Shown in pieces: positions 17,108 to 26,738 of a DNA stretch of 64,000 nucleotides. The notes beneath the pieces are model-generated. The model was not told where the DNA came from, ran no database searches, and was given only the letters and a program-made list of their open reading frames with translations. The position numbers and the translations under genes were made by a program. Positions within the stretch are counted from its first letter, which is position 1, and the number at the start of each line of letters is the position of its first letter. Source of the DNA: Candidatus Zambryskibacteria bacterium RIFCSPHIGHO2_01_FULL_46_25 (GTDB lineage: Bacteria; Patescibacteriota; Minisyncoccia; Phycocordibacterales; Zambryskibacteraceae); the NCBI GenBank assembly GCA_001825155.1, contig MHVH01000006.1:4939-68938 (forward strand). The letters are read 5' to 3'.

Positions 17108-18211
17108 CTATGCCTGGTTCATTGGCATGACTAGGTAAAGAAAACTCTGGTCCCCCACTCCGCGAATAACAATCGGTTTCGCCTGGCCGGAGAAACTTAG
17201 AGACAGGCTGTCTGTCATTACGGACTGGAAACAGTCAGTAAAATACCGGTGATTAACATTGATGGAAATATCTTCTCCCTCAAGAACAGCCTCAAGACTC
17301 TGGATACTTTCTCCAACAGTGGAGTTTTTCGACTCAATTTCAAACTTCTTTTCTTTTGGCACGAGTCTTAGAATGAGTTGATTCATCGAGTCTGAGAATA
17401 TTAAGCTTGTCTTTAGAGAGGCAATGAGGTCTTGCTTGAGCGTTACCGCCGTAGTTTTTGATTCCTTAGGAATAATCTGACGATAATCCGGAAAGTTGCC
17501 GTCAATAATGCGTGAAGTTATATAGACCCCATTTGATCGCAGAGCCATCTGATGTTCTTCTATGGAAATAGATACCTCCTCATCCCCTCGGTCGAATATT
17601 TTAACAATTTCCAAAGCGTTTTTCTGTGGAACAAGAATTTGCTTGAAGTGTGGGGCTTTCTTTATTTTTATTTTTTTCTCAGCAAGCCGGAATGAGTCCG
17701 TGGCGGCAAAAACTAAAAACTCTCCTTCGTGAGTGATGGATATGGAAGAGAGCTCTGGCTTAATACTTCCTACGGCCGCGGCATAAATAACAGATCTAAT
17801 TCCAAAAACGAAGTCCCGGGCCGGCATGGAGAAAGCTCCGTCATTACCGATCTCCGGAATTATAGGAAATTCTTCACTCGGAAGAGTATTGATACTTGTT
17901 TTGGTCGTCTTTGTTTTTATATCCAAAACCTGATTTTTCGTCTGGAGGGTAATGTTGCGATCGGAAACAAGAGAAGACACAAAAGAAGAGATGATATGGG
18001 CAGGCACCACGACTATTCCTGGTTCTATAACCTTAACAGGAATACTTACCGATATTCCCAAATCAAGATTGGTAGCCTTAACAATAAGAAGATTATCTCT
18101 AGCATCCAAATAAAAACCAGAGAGTACTGGTAGATTTTGATTCTTACCGGCAATCTTATCCGCCTTGTTGAATGCTTCCTCAAGTTGTCCTTTAATAGCT
18201 TCTATTTTCAT
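17108..18211 (-). CDS. dnaN: DNA polymerase III beta sliding clamp
   Basis: 367 aa three-domain beta-clamp pattern; N-terminal MKIEAIKGQLEEAF...LPVLSGFYLDA. Confidence 0.85.
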   Translation of the reverse strand: MKIEAIKGQLEEAFNKADKIAGKNQNLPVLSGFYLDARDNLLIVKATNLDLGISVSIPVKVIEPGIVVVPAHIISSFVSSLVSDRNITLQTKNQVLDIKTKTTKTSINTLPSEEFPIIPEIGNDGAFSMPARDFVFGIRSVIYAAAVGSIKPELSSISITHEGEFLVFAATDSFRLAEKKIKIKKAPHFKQILVPQKNALEIVKIFDRGDEEVSISIEEHQMALRSNGVYITSRIIDGNFPDYRQIIPKESKTTAVTLKQDLIASLKTSLIFSDSMNQLILRLVPKEKKFEIESKNSTVGESIQSLEAVLEGEDISINVNHRYFTDCFQSVMTDSLSLSFSGQAKPIVIRGVGDQSFLYLVMPMNQA

Positions 18212-18412
18212 ATATAAAATTTATTACTATTATTAGGGGTGTGTATACCGTGGATTATAAATAATACTTGAAAACAAAGGGTTTTTTGACCATACTGCCT
18301 GATTTGTTGGTGGATAGTGTCTTACAATTATACCCATAATTTCAACACCTCCTTTTTTATCCCCAACCCCAACCATCTTATTAACATTATTTGCACTATA
18401 TTTCCACATCTT
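18212..18412. other. candidate oriC / DnaA-box region (AT-rich dnaA-dnaN intergenic)
   Basis: About 68% AT; DnaA-box-like 9-mers cgtggatta, ggtggatag, ttatcccca, atttccaca. Confidence 0.4.
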
Positions 18413-19759
18413 CTACACAGTGATTAAGTTCCTGATTTGGCCAACCTCATCAACCAATGTTTGGTCAAGTTTGATGTCATTTTTTATTTTTTCGCATGAA
18501 TGGATGACTGTGGTGTGGTCCCTACCACCAAGCTTCTGCCCTATCGAGGGGTAAGATATATTGAAGTCCTCTCTCAAGATGTACATAATTATTTGTCTGG
18601 GGCGTATTACCTCCTTGTGGCGGGTCTTCTCATAAATACTCTCCTCTTTAATATTGTAGAAATCGGAAATAATTCTTACCACATCTTTTACCGCCACAAT
18701 CCTCTTGGGTTTTATGTTGTTTTTGATATAGTTTCTAACATCCGTCATAGAAATCTCCTTTCCCTTAAGTTCAAACTGGCACAAAAGGGAGTTGACCGCG
18801 CCCTCAAGCTCGCGGATATTGCCGTTAATGGAGTGGGCCAGGTAATCGATTATCTCAGGCGAGAGGGCTACTCCCTGCTGGACGGACTTTGCCGCTATAA
18901 TGGCGATTCTGGACTCTTTGTCAGGGGGAGGGATGTCGACAATCATGCCGGCGCTTAGGCGGGATTTGAGCCGGTCTTCAAGCCCGGTAATGAAATGTGG
19001 ATGTTTGTCGGATGAGAAGATGATTTGTCGGTTGTTGTCGTAAAGGGTGTTGAAGAGGTGAAAAAGCTCTTCCTGGAACTTCTGCTTATCGGAGAAAAAC
19101 TGGATGTCATCTACTATCAAAACGTCATATTTCCTGTATTTTTCCTTGAAAACATTCATTTTCTGGTGCTGAAGGGCGTTCATGCAGTCCTGACCGAATT
19201 GTTCCGAGGTCATATAATAAACCTTTTTGCCCGGGGACGTGGCCTTGATGTGGTTGCCGATAGCTTGGATCAAGTGAGTCTTGCCGTGGCCGGTAGATCC
19301 GTATATAAAGAGCGGGTTATACATGATCCCGGGCTTCTTGATGACCGCCTGGGCTGCCGCGTGCGCCAGTTCATTAAACGGTCCGATAACGAATGATTCG
19401 AAAGTGTATCTGGGGTTGAGGTTATCGTCCTTATTGACCTCGACCTCGGGCAAGGGCAGTTCGCGGGTATTAGTTTCCCTTCCGGGCCTCTCTTCTCTGC
19501 GGCGGGTTTCCTCCTTATTAACCACATACTCTATGGCGTGGACGGAGCTCTCGAGGTTCCTCAAACTTCTTAAGATTGTGTTATGGTACTTTGTCAGAAG
19601 CCACTCTTTGACAAAAGCATTGGGCACCGAGAGAACCACCACCCCACCCTCTTCTTTGACTATTCTTGTATCCTTAAACCAGGTGGTGAAGTTGGCGCTG
19701 GATATTCCCAATTCCATCTCGATAAGTACCTTCTGCCAGAGCTGTTTGTAGTCTGTCAT
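18413..19759 (-). CDS. dnaA: chromosomal replication initiator DnaA
   Basis: AAA+ Walker A GSTGHGKTHL; C-terminal DNA-binding signature (IGQKLGGRDHTTVIHSCEKI). Confidence 0.9.
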   Translation of the reverse strand: MTDYKQLWQKVLIEMELGISSANFTTWFKDTRIVKEEGGVVVLSVPNAFVKEWLLTKYHNTILRSLRNLESSVHAIEYVVNKEETRRREERPGRETNTRELPLPEVEVNKDDNLNPRYTFESFVIGPFNELAHAAAQAVIKKPGIMYNPLFIYGSTGHGKTHLIQAIGNHIKATSPGKKVYYMTSEQFGQDCMNALQHQKMNVFKEKYRKYDVLIVDDIQFFSDKQKFQEELFHLFNTLYDNNRQIIFSSDKHPHFITGLEDRLKSRLSAGMIVDIPPPDKESRIAIIAAKSVQQGVALSPEIIDYLAHSINGNIRELEGAVNSLLCQFELKGKEISMTDVRNYIKNNIKPKRIVAVKDVVRIISDFYNIKEESIYEKTRHKEVIRPRQIIMYILREDFNISYPSIGQKLGGRDHTTVIHSCEKIKNDIKLDQTLVDEVGQIRNLITV

Positions 19760-19856
19760 GATTTTTGTTGCTACAGTATAGCTTTTAAGCTACTGAGAAG
19801 AACTTGTGAAGAGGCAAAAAAATGTTTATAATATGTGAATAAACTGTTAAGAGAAA

Positions 19857-19991
19857 ATGTCCAGAACATACAATCCAAAAAAGCGCAAGCGGGCTAAGGC
19901 TCACGGCTTCCTTTCGCGAAGCAAAACATCTACCGGCAAGCGCACCATACGCAACAGGCGCAGAAAAGGACGGGCGCGCCTAGCTGTTTAG
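19857..19991 (+). CDS. rpmH: 50S ribosomal protein L34
   Basis: Translated by hand: [44 protein letters not shown] (44 aa); below the ORF-track cutoff. Confidence 0.85.
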   Translation: MSRTYNPKKRKRAKAHGFLSRSKTSTGKRTIRNRRRKGRARLAV

Positions 19992-19992
19992 T

Positions 19993-20256
19993 TTGACGGG
20001 CTCACTACAGGTAATGTCACACTTCTCAGTCAAGTTCGTTAAGGGCGAGAAAAAAGGAGTAGTTATTTCCGTTTCCAAGAAAATATCAAAGAAAGCCGTT
20101 ACTCGCAACACAATCAAACGCAGAGTGCGTGCCGTATTGCGTGATTTAGAAAAGAAGCAGGAACTCACTTCGTTTTTAATCATCGCCAGACCCGGTGCTG
20201 AAAATATCAAGGGTGATGAATTGAAAAAAGAGTTAAAGGCTCTTCTCGGGTTATAA
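19993..20256 (+). CDS. rnpA: RNase P protein component
   Basis: Directly follows rpmH; basic RnpA motif TRNTIKRRVRAVLR. Confidence 0.75.
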   Translation: MTGSLQVMSHFSVKFVKGEKKGVVISVSKKISKKAVTRNTIKRRVRAVLRDLEKKQELTSFLIIARPGAENIKGDELKKELKALLGL

Positions 20257-20286
20257 TGGTTCGACATCCTCACCACAAGTAATCCA

Positions 20287-21003
20287 ATGTCATATCTTTA
20301 TCACTCATTCTTCTTCGACCCGCTATACAATTCGCTCATATTTCTTTTTCAAATTCTTCCTTGGGCGGACGCGGGAATCGTGGTGGTTCTTCTTACGATA
20401 CTTGTGCGACTTATACTCTTCCCTCTTTCTCGTAAGGCCGTTGTGACGCAAGTGAAGATGGCAGAGATCGGACCGGAGTTGAGCGCCATTAAAGAAAAAT
20501 ATAAAAACAATTCTGAAGAACAAGCGAGAAAAACTCTAGCTCTCTATAAGGAGAAAGGGGTGAATCCCTTTTCCGGCATTCTCGTTGTCATCATTCAGAT
20601 TCCAATCATTCTCGCTCTCTACCAAATATTTCTCCACTTCCCTGAAGTAAACAGCGCCCTTCTCTACTCCTTCGTCTCCGTGCCGGAAAATATCAATACG
20701 ACATTCCTCGGGCTTGTCGACGTAAGCGCCAAGAGCGCCGTAATTGCTCTGCTTGCCGCCGCCTCAACCTATTTCCAGTTCCTGGCCTCGATGAAGGGGC
20801 AGAAAGAATCTAAAGGAACGTCTTTCGGTGACAATCTGACGAGAAGTATGCAAAAACAGATGAAGTATTTCTTCCCCGTACTGGTATTCTTTATCTCTTA
20901 TAATATCTCGGGTGTAATAGCTCTCTACTGGCTCACGACAAACCTCTTCAGCATCGCCCAAGAACTGTTTGTGAAAAGGAAAATCGCATCTACTGTAGCT
21001 TGA
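20287..21003 (+). CDS. yidC: membrane protein insertase YidC (short form)
   Basis: Conserved YidC/Oxa1 core (GVNPFSGILVVIIQIPIILALYQ, TFLGLVDVS, WLTTNLFSIAQ); canonical rpmH-rnpA-yidC order. Confidence 0.8.
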   Translation: MSYLYHSFFFDPLYNSLIFLFQILPWADAGIVVVLLTILVRLILFPLSRKAVVTQVKMAEIGPELSAIKEKYKNNSEEQARKTLALYKEKGVNPFSGILVVIIQIPIILALYQIFLHFPEVNSALLYSFVSVPENINTTFLGLVDVSAKSAVIALLAAASTYFQFLASMKGQKESKGTSFGDNLTRSMQKQMKYFFPVLVFFISYNISGVIALYWLTTNLFSIAQELFVKRKIASTVA

Positions 21004-22204
21004 ATGCCCAAAGACTTATATCTCGCTTATTGATGAAGATAAGGTAATCTTCGGAAGGGGAAATTTTTGGCTCGATGACATCGAGTTGTAAGCCAAAAGA
21101 AACATGGGGCTCTAAAAGAACTTGGGCAATTTCCTTATTGAGGTCGAATTCCCAAACCCGGTCATAAAAACTCGTTTTGCCTTGGTACCAGTCGTCCGGT
21201 TCGTTACCACCGACCTCATCTACTGGAACGCCGCAGAAAACAACGCCGGCTTTCTTGATGCTCCACACACATTTTTCTGCCAATGTAGCAGGAGAAGTTT
21301 CTGCTCCAGAGCCCGTTTTAATATTCTTGCCTGCTGACCTCGCCGATCCATTGTTGTATGAGTAGAAAACCCATGTACCTAAAGCATCGGGCATAACCGA
21401 GAGCCCGTTTAATGGACCAAGAATTTTACCAAGAGAGCCGTTTGTGACGTTGAGCGTGTACGCGTACCCGGGAGATTGGATACTTGCCTTGGTTTGCGCC
21501 ACAAGGTTATTGCCGAAAGACATCAGCCGCCAGTCTGTGAAGGGCGAATTCAAAACAGTTTTCGTTGGGCTACCACTAAATGGTAGCGAAACGATTGCCT
21601 TAGAGCCCTTATCGGAGTAGAAGAGCGTATTCCCCTGCCCGACCGCCACGCTTCCCATATCTCCACGCACATTGACAGCAGTGGAACTGGTGGCAGCAAG
21701 ATTCAAGATTATATTTCTCTGTGCGCCGGACTCACTCTCAAGCATGCGCAGGAGAACGGAGTTGCCGTCCGGTCGGAAATAAGCCTCGTAGACCTTCGGA
21801 ATGGTGTTATTGGTAATTTTCTTCTTCTCTAACGGCACAAGGGCCTTGCCGGCAGGTAGAACGGTTTCGTAAATATGTCCCGTAGCGCGGTCAGCGAAGC
21901 GCACTACAGTCTGCCCGCCGCGGGTGAAGGCGACTGCCCCGGCCACAGGTGCGTCAGAGATTTGGGAAATATCTGCTGTTGGTATCCCATTCTCGTCGAG
22001 CAACTGTTCCTGGTTGCTTGTCCCGAGCGAAGTCGAGGGGTCAGTCGTTGGTTGTCCCAGGTTATCTCCAGTTCCGAAAGGTAGAAGGTCTACTATTGCT
22101 TCTCCGGCAGGCACTGTTTTGTCCCGACCGATGAAGAACCAGGTGAAGAAGGCGACAAGTAGTAATGCAACTATTGTTATTGAAATATAAAGCGTTTTTT
22201 TCAT
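20990..22204 (-). CDS. hypothetical membrane-anchored extracellular protein
   Basis: N-terminal TM/signal anchor; first gene of a three-gene secreted-protein operon. Confidence 0.4.
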   Translation of the reverse strand: MKKTLYISITIVALLLVAFFTWFFIGRDKTVPAGEAIVDLLPFGTGDNLGQPTTDPSTSLGTSNQEQLLDENGIPTADISQISDAPVAGAVAFTRGGQTVVRFADRATGHIYETVLPAGKALVPLEKKKITNNTIPKVYEAYFRPDGNSVLLRMLESESGAQRNIILNLAATSSTAVNVRGDMGSVAVGQGNTLFYSDKGSKAIVSLPFSGSPTKTVLNSPFTDWRLMSFGNNLVAQTKASIQSPGYAYTLNVTNGSLGKILGPLNGLSVMPDALGTWVFYSYNNGSARSAGKNIKTGSGAETSPATLAEKCVWSIKKAGVVFCGVPVDEVGGNEPDDWYQGKTSFYDRVWEFDLNKEIAQVLLEPHVSFGLQLDVIEPKISPSEDYLIFINKRDISLWAFKLQ

Positions 22205-22205
22205 A

Positions 22206-23033
22206 TTATTGACATTTTGTTACATCCCAATGATTGCTTTCCAAACCATAGAGTGCCCCGCTTGGGGATTTATACATTTTTGCGCCGTCGCTACGATAAC
22301 CTATGTCAGTAAAATTTTTAGTAATGTAATCAGTTAGGGCTCGGCCCTCATTCTTATTTCTTAAATCAACCTTGTAGCCGTTTGCATGGCTACAAGTTCC
22401 TGGGTTATGAGAACCGCCTGTAGCTGAAGTAAGCACAACTTCACAACCGCACGAACTCTTAAGATTAATAATTTCATTAACAACAATTTCTTTCACGCCA
22501 GCTAGGTTTGGGGCGCCGGCAATTTTTATACCACCCTCTGTTAATTTATTGTAAGCCTCTTGGTGACTTAAAGATGGGGATGGGGTTGGTATTGTTCCGC
22601 CTCCTCCTAACCAAGGCGGTGTGGAGGTGGCGATTGGAAGTTTTTCAATATTAAAATTTATTTCTACCAGCTTCGGGTTGATGGTATAGAGGATTAGCCA
22701 CGAGGCTATGACAAGACCAAGACCCCAAAGAGTGTTTTCGATAATCTCCTTGGCCTCGTTCTTGCCCGAGAAGGCGTCTGTGGACATGTACTTTATGCCC
22801 GCATATATGAGCATGACGACAGCCAGCGCTCCCGCAAGACCGATAATAAGTCTGAAGAGGCCGGTAATGTATTGAACCGCGGTAGTCTTGGTGGTGACGT
22901 CTCCACTCGCGCTATCGAGAGGAATGGGTGCGAGGAGAGTATATTCGGTAGGTTTAGCATCTTGTGCCGATGCCAAAACTGGAACCATCATCGCAGTAAA
23001 CAAAATTGTGACCAGTAGCTTATTCATTGCCAA
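22206..23033 (-). CDS. VirB2/TrbC-like pilin N-terminal region fused to a putative M15-type peptidoglycan peptidase domain
   Basis: Signal peptide plus two hydrophobic helices (LFRLIIGLAGALAVVMLIYAGIKY ... LWGLGLVIASWLILYTI); C-terminal SATGGSHNPGTCSHANGYKVDLR...ESNHWDV resembles the M15 zinc-peptidase motif. Confidence 0.35.
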   Translation of the reverse strand: MAMNKLLVTILFTAMMVPVLASAQDAKPTEYTLLAPIPLDSASGDVTTKTTAVQYITGLFRLIIGLAGALAVVMLIYAGIKYMSTDAFSGKNEAKEIIENTLWGLGLVIASWLILYTINPKLVEINFNIEKLPIATSTPPWLGGGGTIPTPSPSLSHQEAYNKLTEGGIKIAGAPNLAGVKEIVVNEIINLKSSCGCEVVLTSATGGSHNPGTCSHANGYKVDLRNKNEGRALTDYITKNFTDIGYRSDGAKMYKSPSGALYGLESNHWDVTKCQ

Positions 23034-23706
23034 ATTGTATTAAAAATTTCCTTTCAATCGGGCGCGAGATTGTTCCGGAGTTCGAAAAGGTGAGGTTGAC
23101 GCTTGCCAAGCCGCCCGCATCTTCCGGCGCGCGGTACGTAACCGAGTTACCGCTCCATGCATCGCCGCTATTCGTGCTCCAGCGGTAAGAAAATGTTGCT
23201 GTTTCGCGCTCGGCGGGGCTCGCGAAGAGCGGGAAGGCGGCCAAGGTCGCCTCACTCTTCGCGAGTTTGAACGATTCTCCTACTTCGGAGTGGAACATGA
23301 ATCCATATAGAGGATTGTCTTCATAGACAAGAAGCATTGGGCCTTGAGCCGTGACTACAATCTCTGACTCTGCCAAAACTTCTTCGAATTGGTCTAGAAT
23401 CTCAACTCTTACCCTGTATGGTTTCGAAAATATTGAGTCTTTGAATGTAAGAGAATTCCTGCCTGTGCCGGAAACGCTTCCGAGCACCGTACCGTTCTGG
23501 GTCCATTTGTAATTTAAACTTGCCGGACTACCGAGGCCTTGAGGGATGGCTACAAAAGTTATTGCAGATTGCTTCGTCCAAAGGCTCTTGCCCTCATAAA
23601 ACGGCGGCACGTACCCCTCCCCCTGCCATAAGATGTCGACAGACTGGGCAAGCACTGAAGTAGATAGTAGGAAGTAGATGGTAGATAGAAGAAATACTTT
23701 TTTCAT
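23020..23706 (-). CDS. hypothetical secreted protein
   Basis: Signal peptide MKKVFLLSTIYFLLSTSVLA. Confidence 0.4.
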   Translation of the reverse strand: MKKVFLLSTIYFLLSTSVLAQSVDILWQGEGYVPPFYEGKSLWTKQSAITFVAIPQGLGSPASLNYKWTQNGTVLGSVSGTGRNSLTFKDSIFSKPYRVRVEILDQFEEVLAESEIVVTAQGPMLLVYEDNPLYGFMFHSEVGESFKLAKSEATLAAFPLFASPAERETATFSYRWSTNSGDAWSGNSVTYRAPEDAGGLASVNLTFSNSGTISRPIERKFLIQFGNE

Positions 23707-23746
23707 TTCCCATTCATTATACCCCGATTATTGATACAATTATCCT

Positions 23747-24151
23747 ATGTTTAAGGACTTTTGGAAATGGCATAAAAAGAAGGAGCTTGTTCATGAAGCA
23801 GGAGGAACCGCACTATTCCATGAACGTGAAGTCTGGTGGTGTACTCTCGGCACCAATATTGGATTTGAGCAAGATGGCAGCGGAGAATTATTTACACGTC
23901 CAGTGGTTATTCTCACAAAATTCAATCTAGACGCTTGCCTTATAGTTCCTCTAACCGCTAAACCAAAGAAAGGTAAGTATTATTTTGAGGTTGGAGATGT
24001 GGATGGTAAAAAGGCAGTAGCAGTGCTTTCACAGCTACGTTTTGTGGATAGAAAAAGACTCGCCGTCAAAATTACCACTTTAGACAGGGAAATATTTGAC
24101 AATCTTACCCGAGTAGCAGTAGGCGCCTGCTTCCCCGGTCTCTTTAAATAG
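23747..24151 (+). CDS. MazF/PemK-family endoribonuclease toxin (orphan)
   Basis: REVWWCTLGTNIGFEQDGSGELFTRPVVIL, LIVPLTAKPKK and VLSQLRFVDRKRL match the PemK fold pattern. Confidence 0.6.
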   Translation: MFKDFWKWHKKKELVHEAGGTALFHEREVWWCTLGTNIGFEQDGSGELFTRPVVILTKFNLDACLIVPLTAKPKKGKYYFEVGDVDGKKAVAVLSQLRFVDRKRLAVKITTLDREIFDNLTRVAVGACFPGLFK

Positions 24152-24154
24152 TTT

Positions 24155-24176
24155 TCCCCCGCCTTTTGGGCGGGGG
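24155..24176. terminator. GC-rich hairpin between convergent genes (possible bidirectional terminator)
   Basis: cccccgcc-ttttg-ggcggggg directly after the MazF stop; no clear U-tract. Confidence 0.3.
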
Positions 24177-24272
24177 CAGGCCGAAGCCGTTTGTATATAT
24201 AGACTATCAAATAGGCGTTTTCTGTCAAGTAGAAGTTGTTCACATCCTCAAACAAGCTGGATTGGAATATTT

Positions 24273-24797
24273 CTAAGAACGTGGTTTTTCAAGAGAATCC
24301 ACCGATTTTAACGGCTCAACTGGTTGTTTAACTTGAGTATTATCGATAGGAGCCGTTGGGGCGGGAGTATTGCCATACAGCTGAGGTTTAAGAGTATTGA
24401 GGGTGCGAATATGTTCCATCGTTGGTCGGGCGGGACGTTTTGGCAGAGGCGGACCTTTTTGCTGTATTGGCTGAGCGGTAGCGCCCAGTATTTTTTTAGC
24501 CTTGTAATCCAAAATCAAAACAACCACGGCTCCGGTCCAGGCTGGGAGCGCGGCAAGAATCGGCACAATCTCGATGATGAAAGCTCCGCCCATGGTGGCC
24601 AGGCGCTTTGGCGTCATAAACTTCATTCCGTAAAGTTTGAACCAGACAAAGAAGGTGAGAAAGGCAAATATGCTTACCAGCCAATCCATAAATACAAAAG
24701 CCAGAAGCCACTGGAGCACATCGAAAAAGAGCGCCGTACAAACCATTAGAGCGATCGTATGGTTCTTTAATCCCCTTTCTTTATTCTGTTCCGGCAT
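24273..24797 (-). CDS. hypothetical membrane protein downstream of virB4
   Basis: Three to four TM helices then a Pro-rich tail; overlaps virB4 by 17 nt. Confidence 0.4.
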   Translation of the reverse strand: MPEQNKERGLKNHTIALMVCTALFFDVLQWLLAFVFMDWLVSIFAFLTFFVWFKLYGMKFMTPKRLATMGGAFIIEIVPILAALPAWTGAVVVLILDYKAKKILGATAQPIQQKGPPLPKRPARPTMEHIRTLNTLKPQLYGNTPAPTAPIDNTQVKQPVEPLKSVDSLEKPRS

Positions 24798-26664
24798 TTG
24801 GGTTCTCAGCGGCTTGTTTTAAGCGCTCTTGTTGGGCGCGGATGGCCTCGTCTTTGTCCTCGATGGATTCTTGCCGGGCCTTCTTGATAGCCAGAACTTG
24901 TGAAGGGTCGGAAGTAATAATCTGATCTTCCGTATAAGAAGCAATAGCCTTGATGGCAACATGTTTGAGTCCCGCGAAGAAGATTCCTTCTCCGACATCT
25001 GATTCGAGCAGAAGATATTTCTCTTCGTCTGTGAGATTGAAAGTTTTTTGCAGCTCGTCAATCGTCGCCGGAGATTGCTTGAGAAGCATTTGGATGGAAG
25101 AGTTGGTAATGATGGGTATGCCGTATGGAGATTTGAGGAAGTCGCCAACATCTTGAGTAATAGTTGCCACACCGAGGAAATATTTGCGGCCCCTTTTAAC
25201 AAGGCCCATGAGGAATGAGGCCGTGTCCTCCGACTTCATCATCCACCAGGCTTCGTCGATGACGAGCAGGCGCTTCTTGAGCTCCTTCCTTATCGCGTTC
25301 CATATATAGTGAGTAACGATGTACATGGCGATTGGTTTTAGCTCATCTTCCATGTCTCGGAGAGAAAAGACGACAAACTTCCTGTTTATATCCACATTCG
25401 AAGGCCTGTTGATGAATCCGGCCCAGGTGCCTTTCGTGTACTTAGAGAGTCGTTGTGCCAGTGATTCTCCCCCATCCATGCCCGAGAGCACGAGCTCAAA
25501 GTCGCTCATGAGCGGTGGCTCAATGTTTCGGAAGTCGGAATCGGCGGTAATATCTTTCAAGGCGTATGTCTCGGTAATAGCTCGGTCGATAATGGCATCC
25601 TCTTCCGCGGTAAGACCGCCCATCATAAGCCGGAAGAGGCCAACGAGGTTAATGATGTTACTGCGCAAAATGTTTGCGGCGCTCTCATCTGGACCAGGTA
25701 TTGGTAGGTCGAACGGATTGATGTGGTGTTCGGAGTTAAGCGAGATGTTGAAGTATCGTCCGCCGGTCGCTTCGGCCATGTATTCGTACTCTTTCTCCGG
25801 GTCAATGACTATGACTTCCGTATCGAACATCAAGGTGCGGAGAATCTCAAGCTTCGTCGCGTATGACTTGCCGGCGCCGGCCTTGGCGAAGGTAACCGAG
25901 TTGTAGTTCTCGAGGGAGAAGCGGTCGAAGAGGATTAGAGACGAGTTGTGGCGGTTGATGCCGTAGAGAATACCCTTGTCCGAAGTGAGGTCGAAGGATG
26001 TGAATGGGAAAAGGGATGAGAGGGGCGAAGAATTGAGCTTCGAGTGGACGTTGAGCTGGTCGTTACCGAGAGGCAGGGTGCTCTGGTAGCCCTGCTCCTG
26101 CTGGAAGAGGGCCGGCTTCACGTATATAAGCTTTGCCTCAAGAATCGACTTAATCTCGCTCTCCACCTTGTCGAGCTCATCCGAGCTGTCGCCGTAGATT
26201 GTGATGTAGAGGCCCACGTCGAAGAGTTTCTCTTGCGCTTGTTGGAGCTGGTCACGCAGATTCTCGAGGTCTTGATAGGCGACATCAAGCATTGGGTCAC
26301 GCACAAGACCCTTTTCTTCCCTTGTATGAATCTGGCTTTGTACCTCGGCTACCTTCCTTTGGAATTGACGGAGCACCTTGGATGTCTCGATGGGGTGGAC
26401 GAAGATTGAGACGTCGAAAACCTTGTCCATGTTTATAATCGGCGAGAACCATCCTTCAGAGAGATAGCGCGGGTATGAGATGACGAAGAAGCTTCTAAGA
26501 ATTTTCTCCCCCAAGTTAATTTCCTTGGGACTTACCTTCAGCGCCGAGGGTGCGATGATGTCCTTGAGCTCGAGGACGCCCGCTTCAAAGATTTCTTTAG
26601 GCAAAATTGACGAAATTTTCGCCTCCTCTTCCTTCTTGCCGATTAATTTATCAAAAAATCCCAT
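24781..26664 (-). CDS. virB4: VirB4/TrbE/CagE-family type IV secretion ATPase
   Basis: Walker A FAKAGAGKSYATK; Walker B LLVIDEAWWMM; C-terminal VirB4 signature GVATITQDVGDF. Confidence 0.8.
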   Translation of the reverse strand: MGFFDKLIGKKEEEAKISSILPKEIFEAGVLELKDIIAPSALKVSPKEINLGEKILRSFFVISYPRYLSEGWFSPIINMDKVFDVSIFVHPIETSKVLRQFQRKVAEVQSQIHTREEKGLVRDPMLDVAYQDLENLRDQLQQAQEKLFDVGLYITIYGDSSDELDKVESEIKSILEAKLIYVKPALFQQEQGYQSTLPLGNDQLNVHSKLNSSPLSSLFPFTSFDLTSDKGILYGINRHNSSLILFDRFSLENYNSVTFAKAGAGKSYATKLEILRTLMFDTEVIVIDPEKEYEYMAEATGGRYFNISLNSEHHINPFDLPIPGPDESAANILRSNIINLVGLFRLMMGGLTAEEDAIIDRAITETYALKDITADSDFRNIEPPLMSDFELVLSGMDGGESLAQRLSKYTKGTWAGFINRPSNVDINRKFVVFSLRDMEDELKPIAMYIVTHYIWNAIRKELKKRLLVIDEAWWMMKSEDTASFLMGLVKRGRKYFLGVATITQDVGDFLKSPYGIPIITNSSIQMLLKQSPATIDELQKTFNLTDEEKYLLLESDVGEGIFFAGLKHVAIKAIASYTEDQIITSDPSQVLAIKKARQESIEDKDEAIRAQQERLKQAAENPNAGTE

Positions 26665-26673
26665 ATATTCATT

Positions 26674-26738
26674 ATAAACCCTAAACCCTAAATCCTAAAC
26701 TCTAAATAAGCACCAAATCCAAAATAATAAGTCCTAAA
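26674..26738. repeat. half MITE-like repeat (TATAAACCCTAAA terminus plus AAATCCTAA units) immediately upstream of the virB4 start
   Basis: tataaaccctaaaccctaaatcctaaactctaaataagcaccaaatcc; shares the 17-mer aaatcctaaactctaaa with 1309-1325. Confidence 0.75.
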
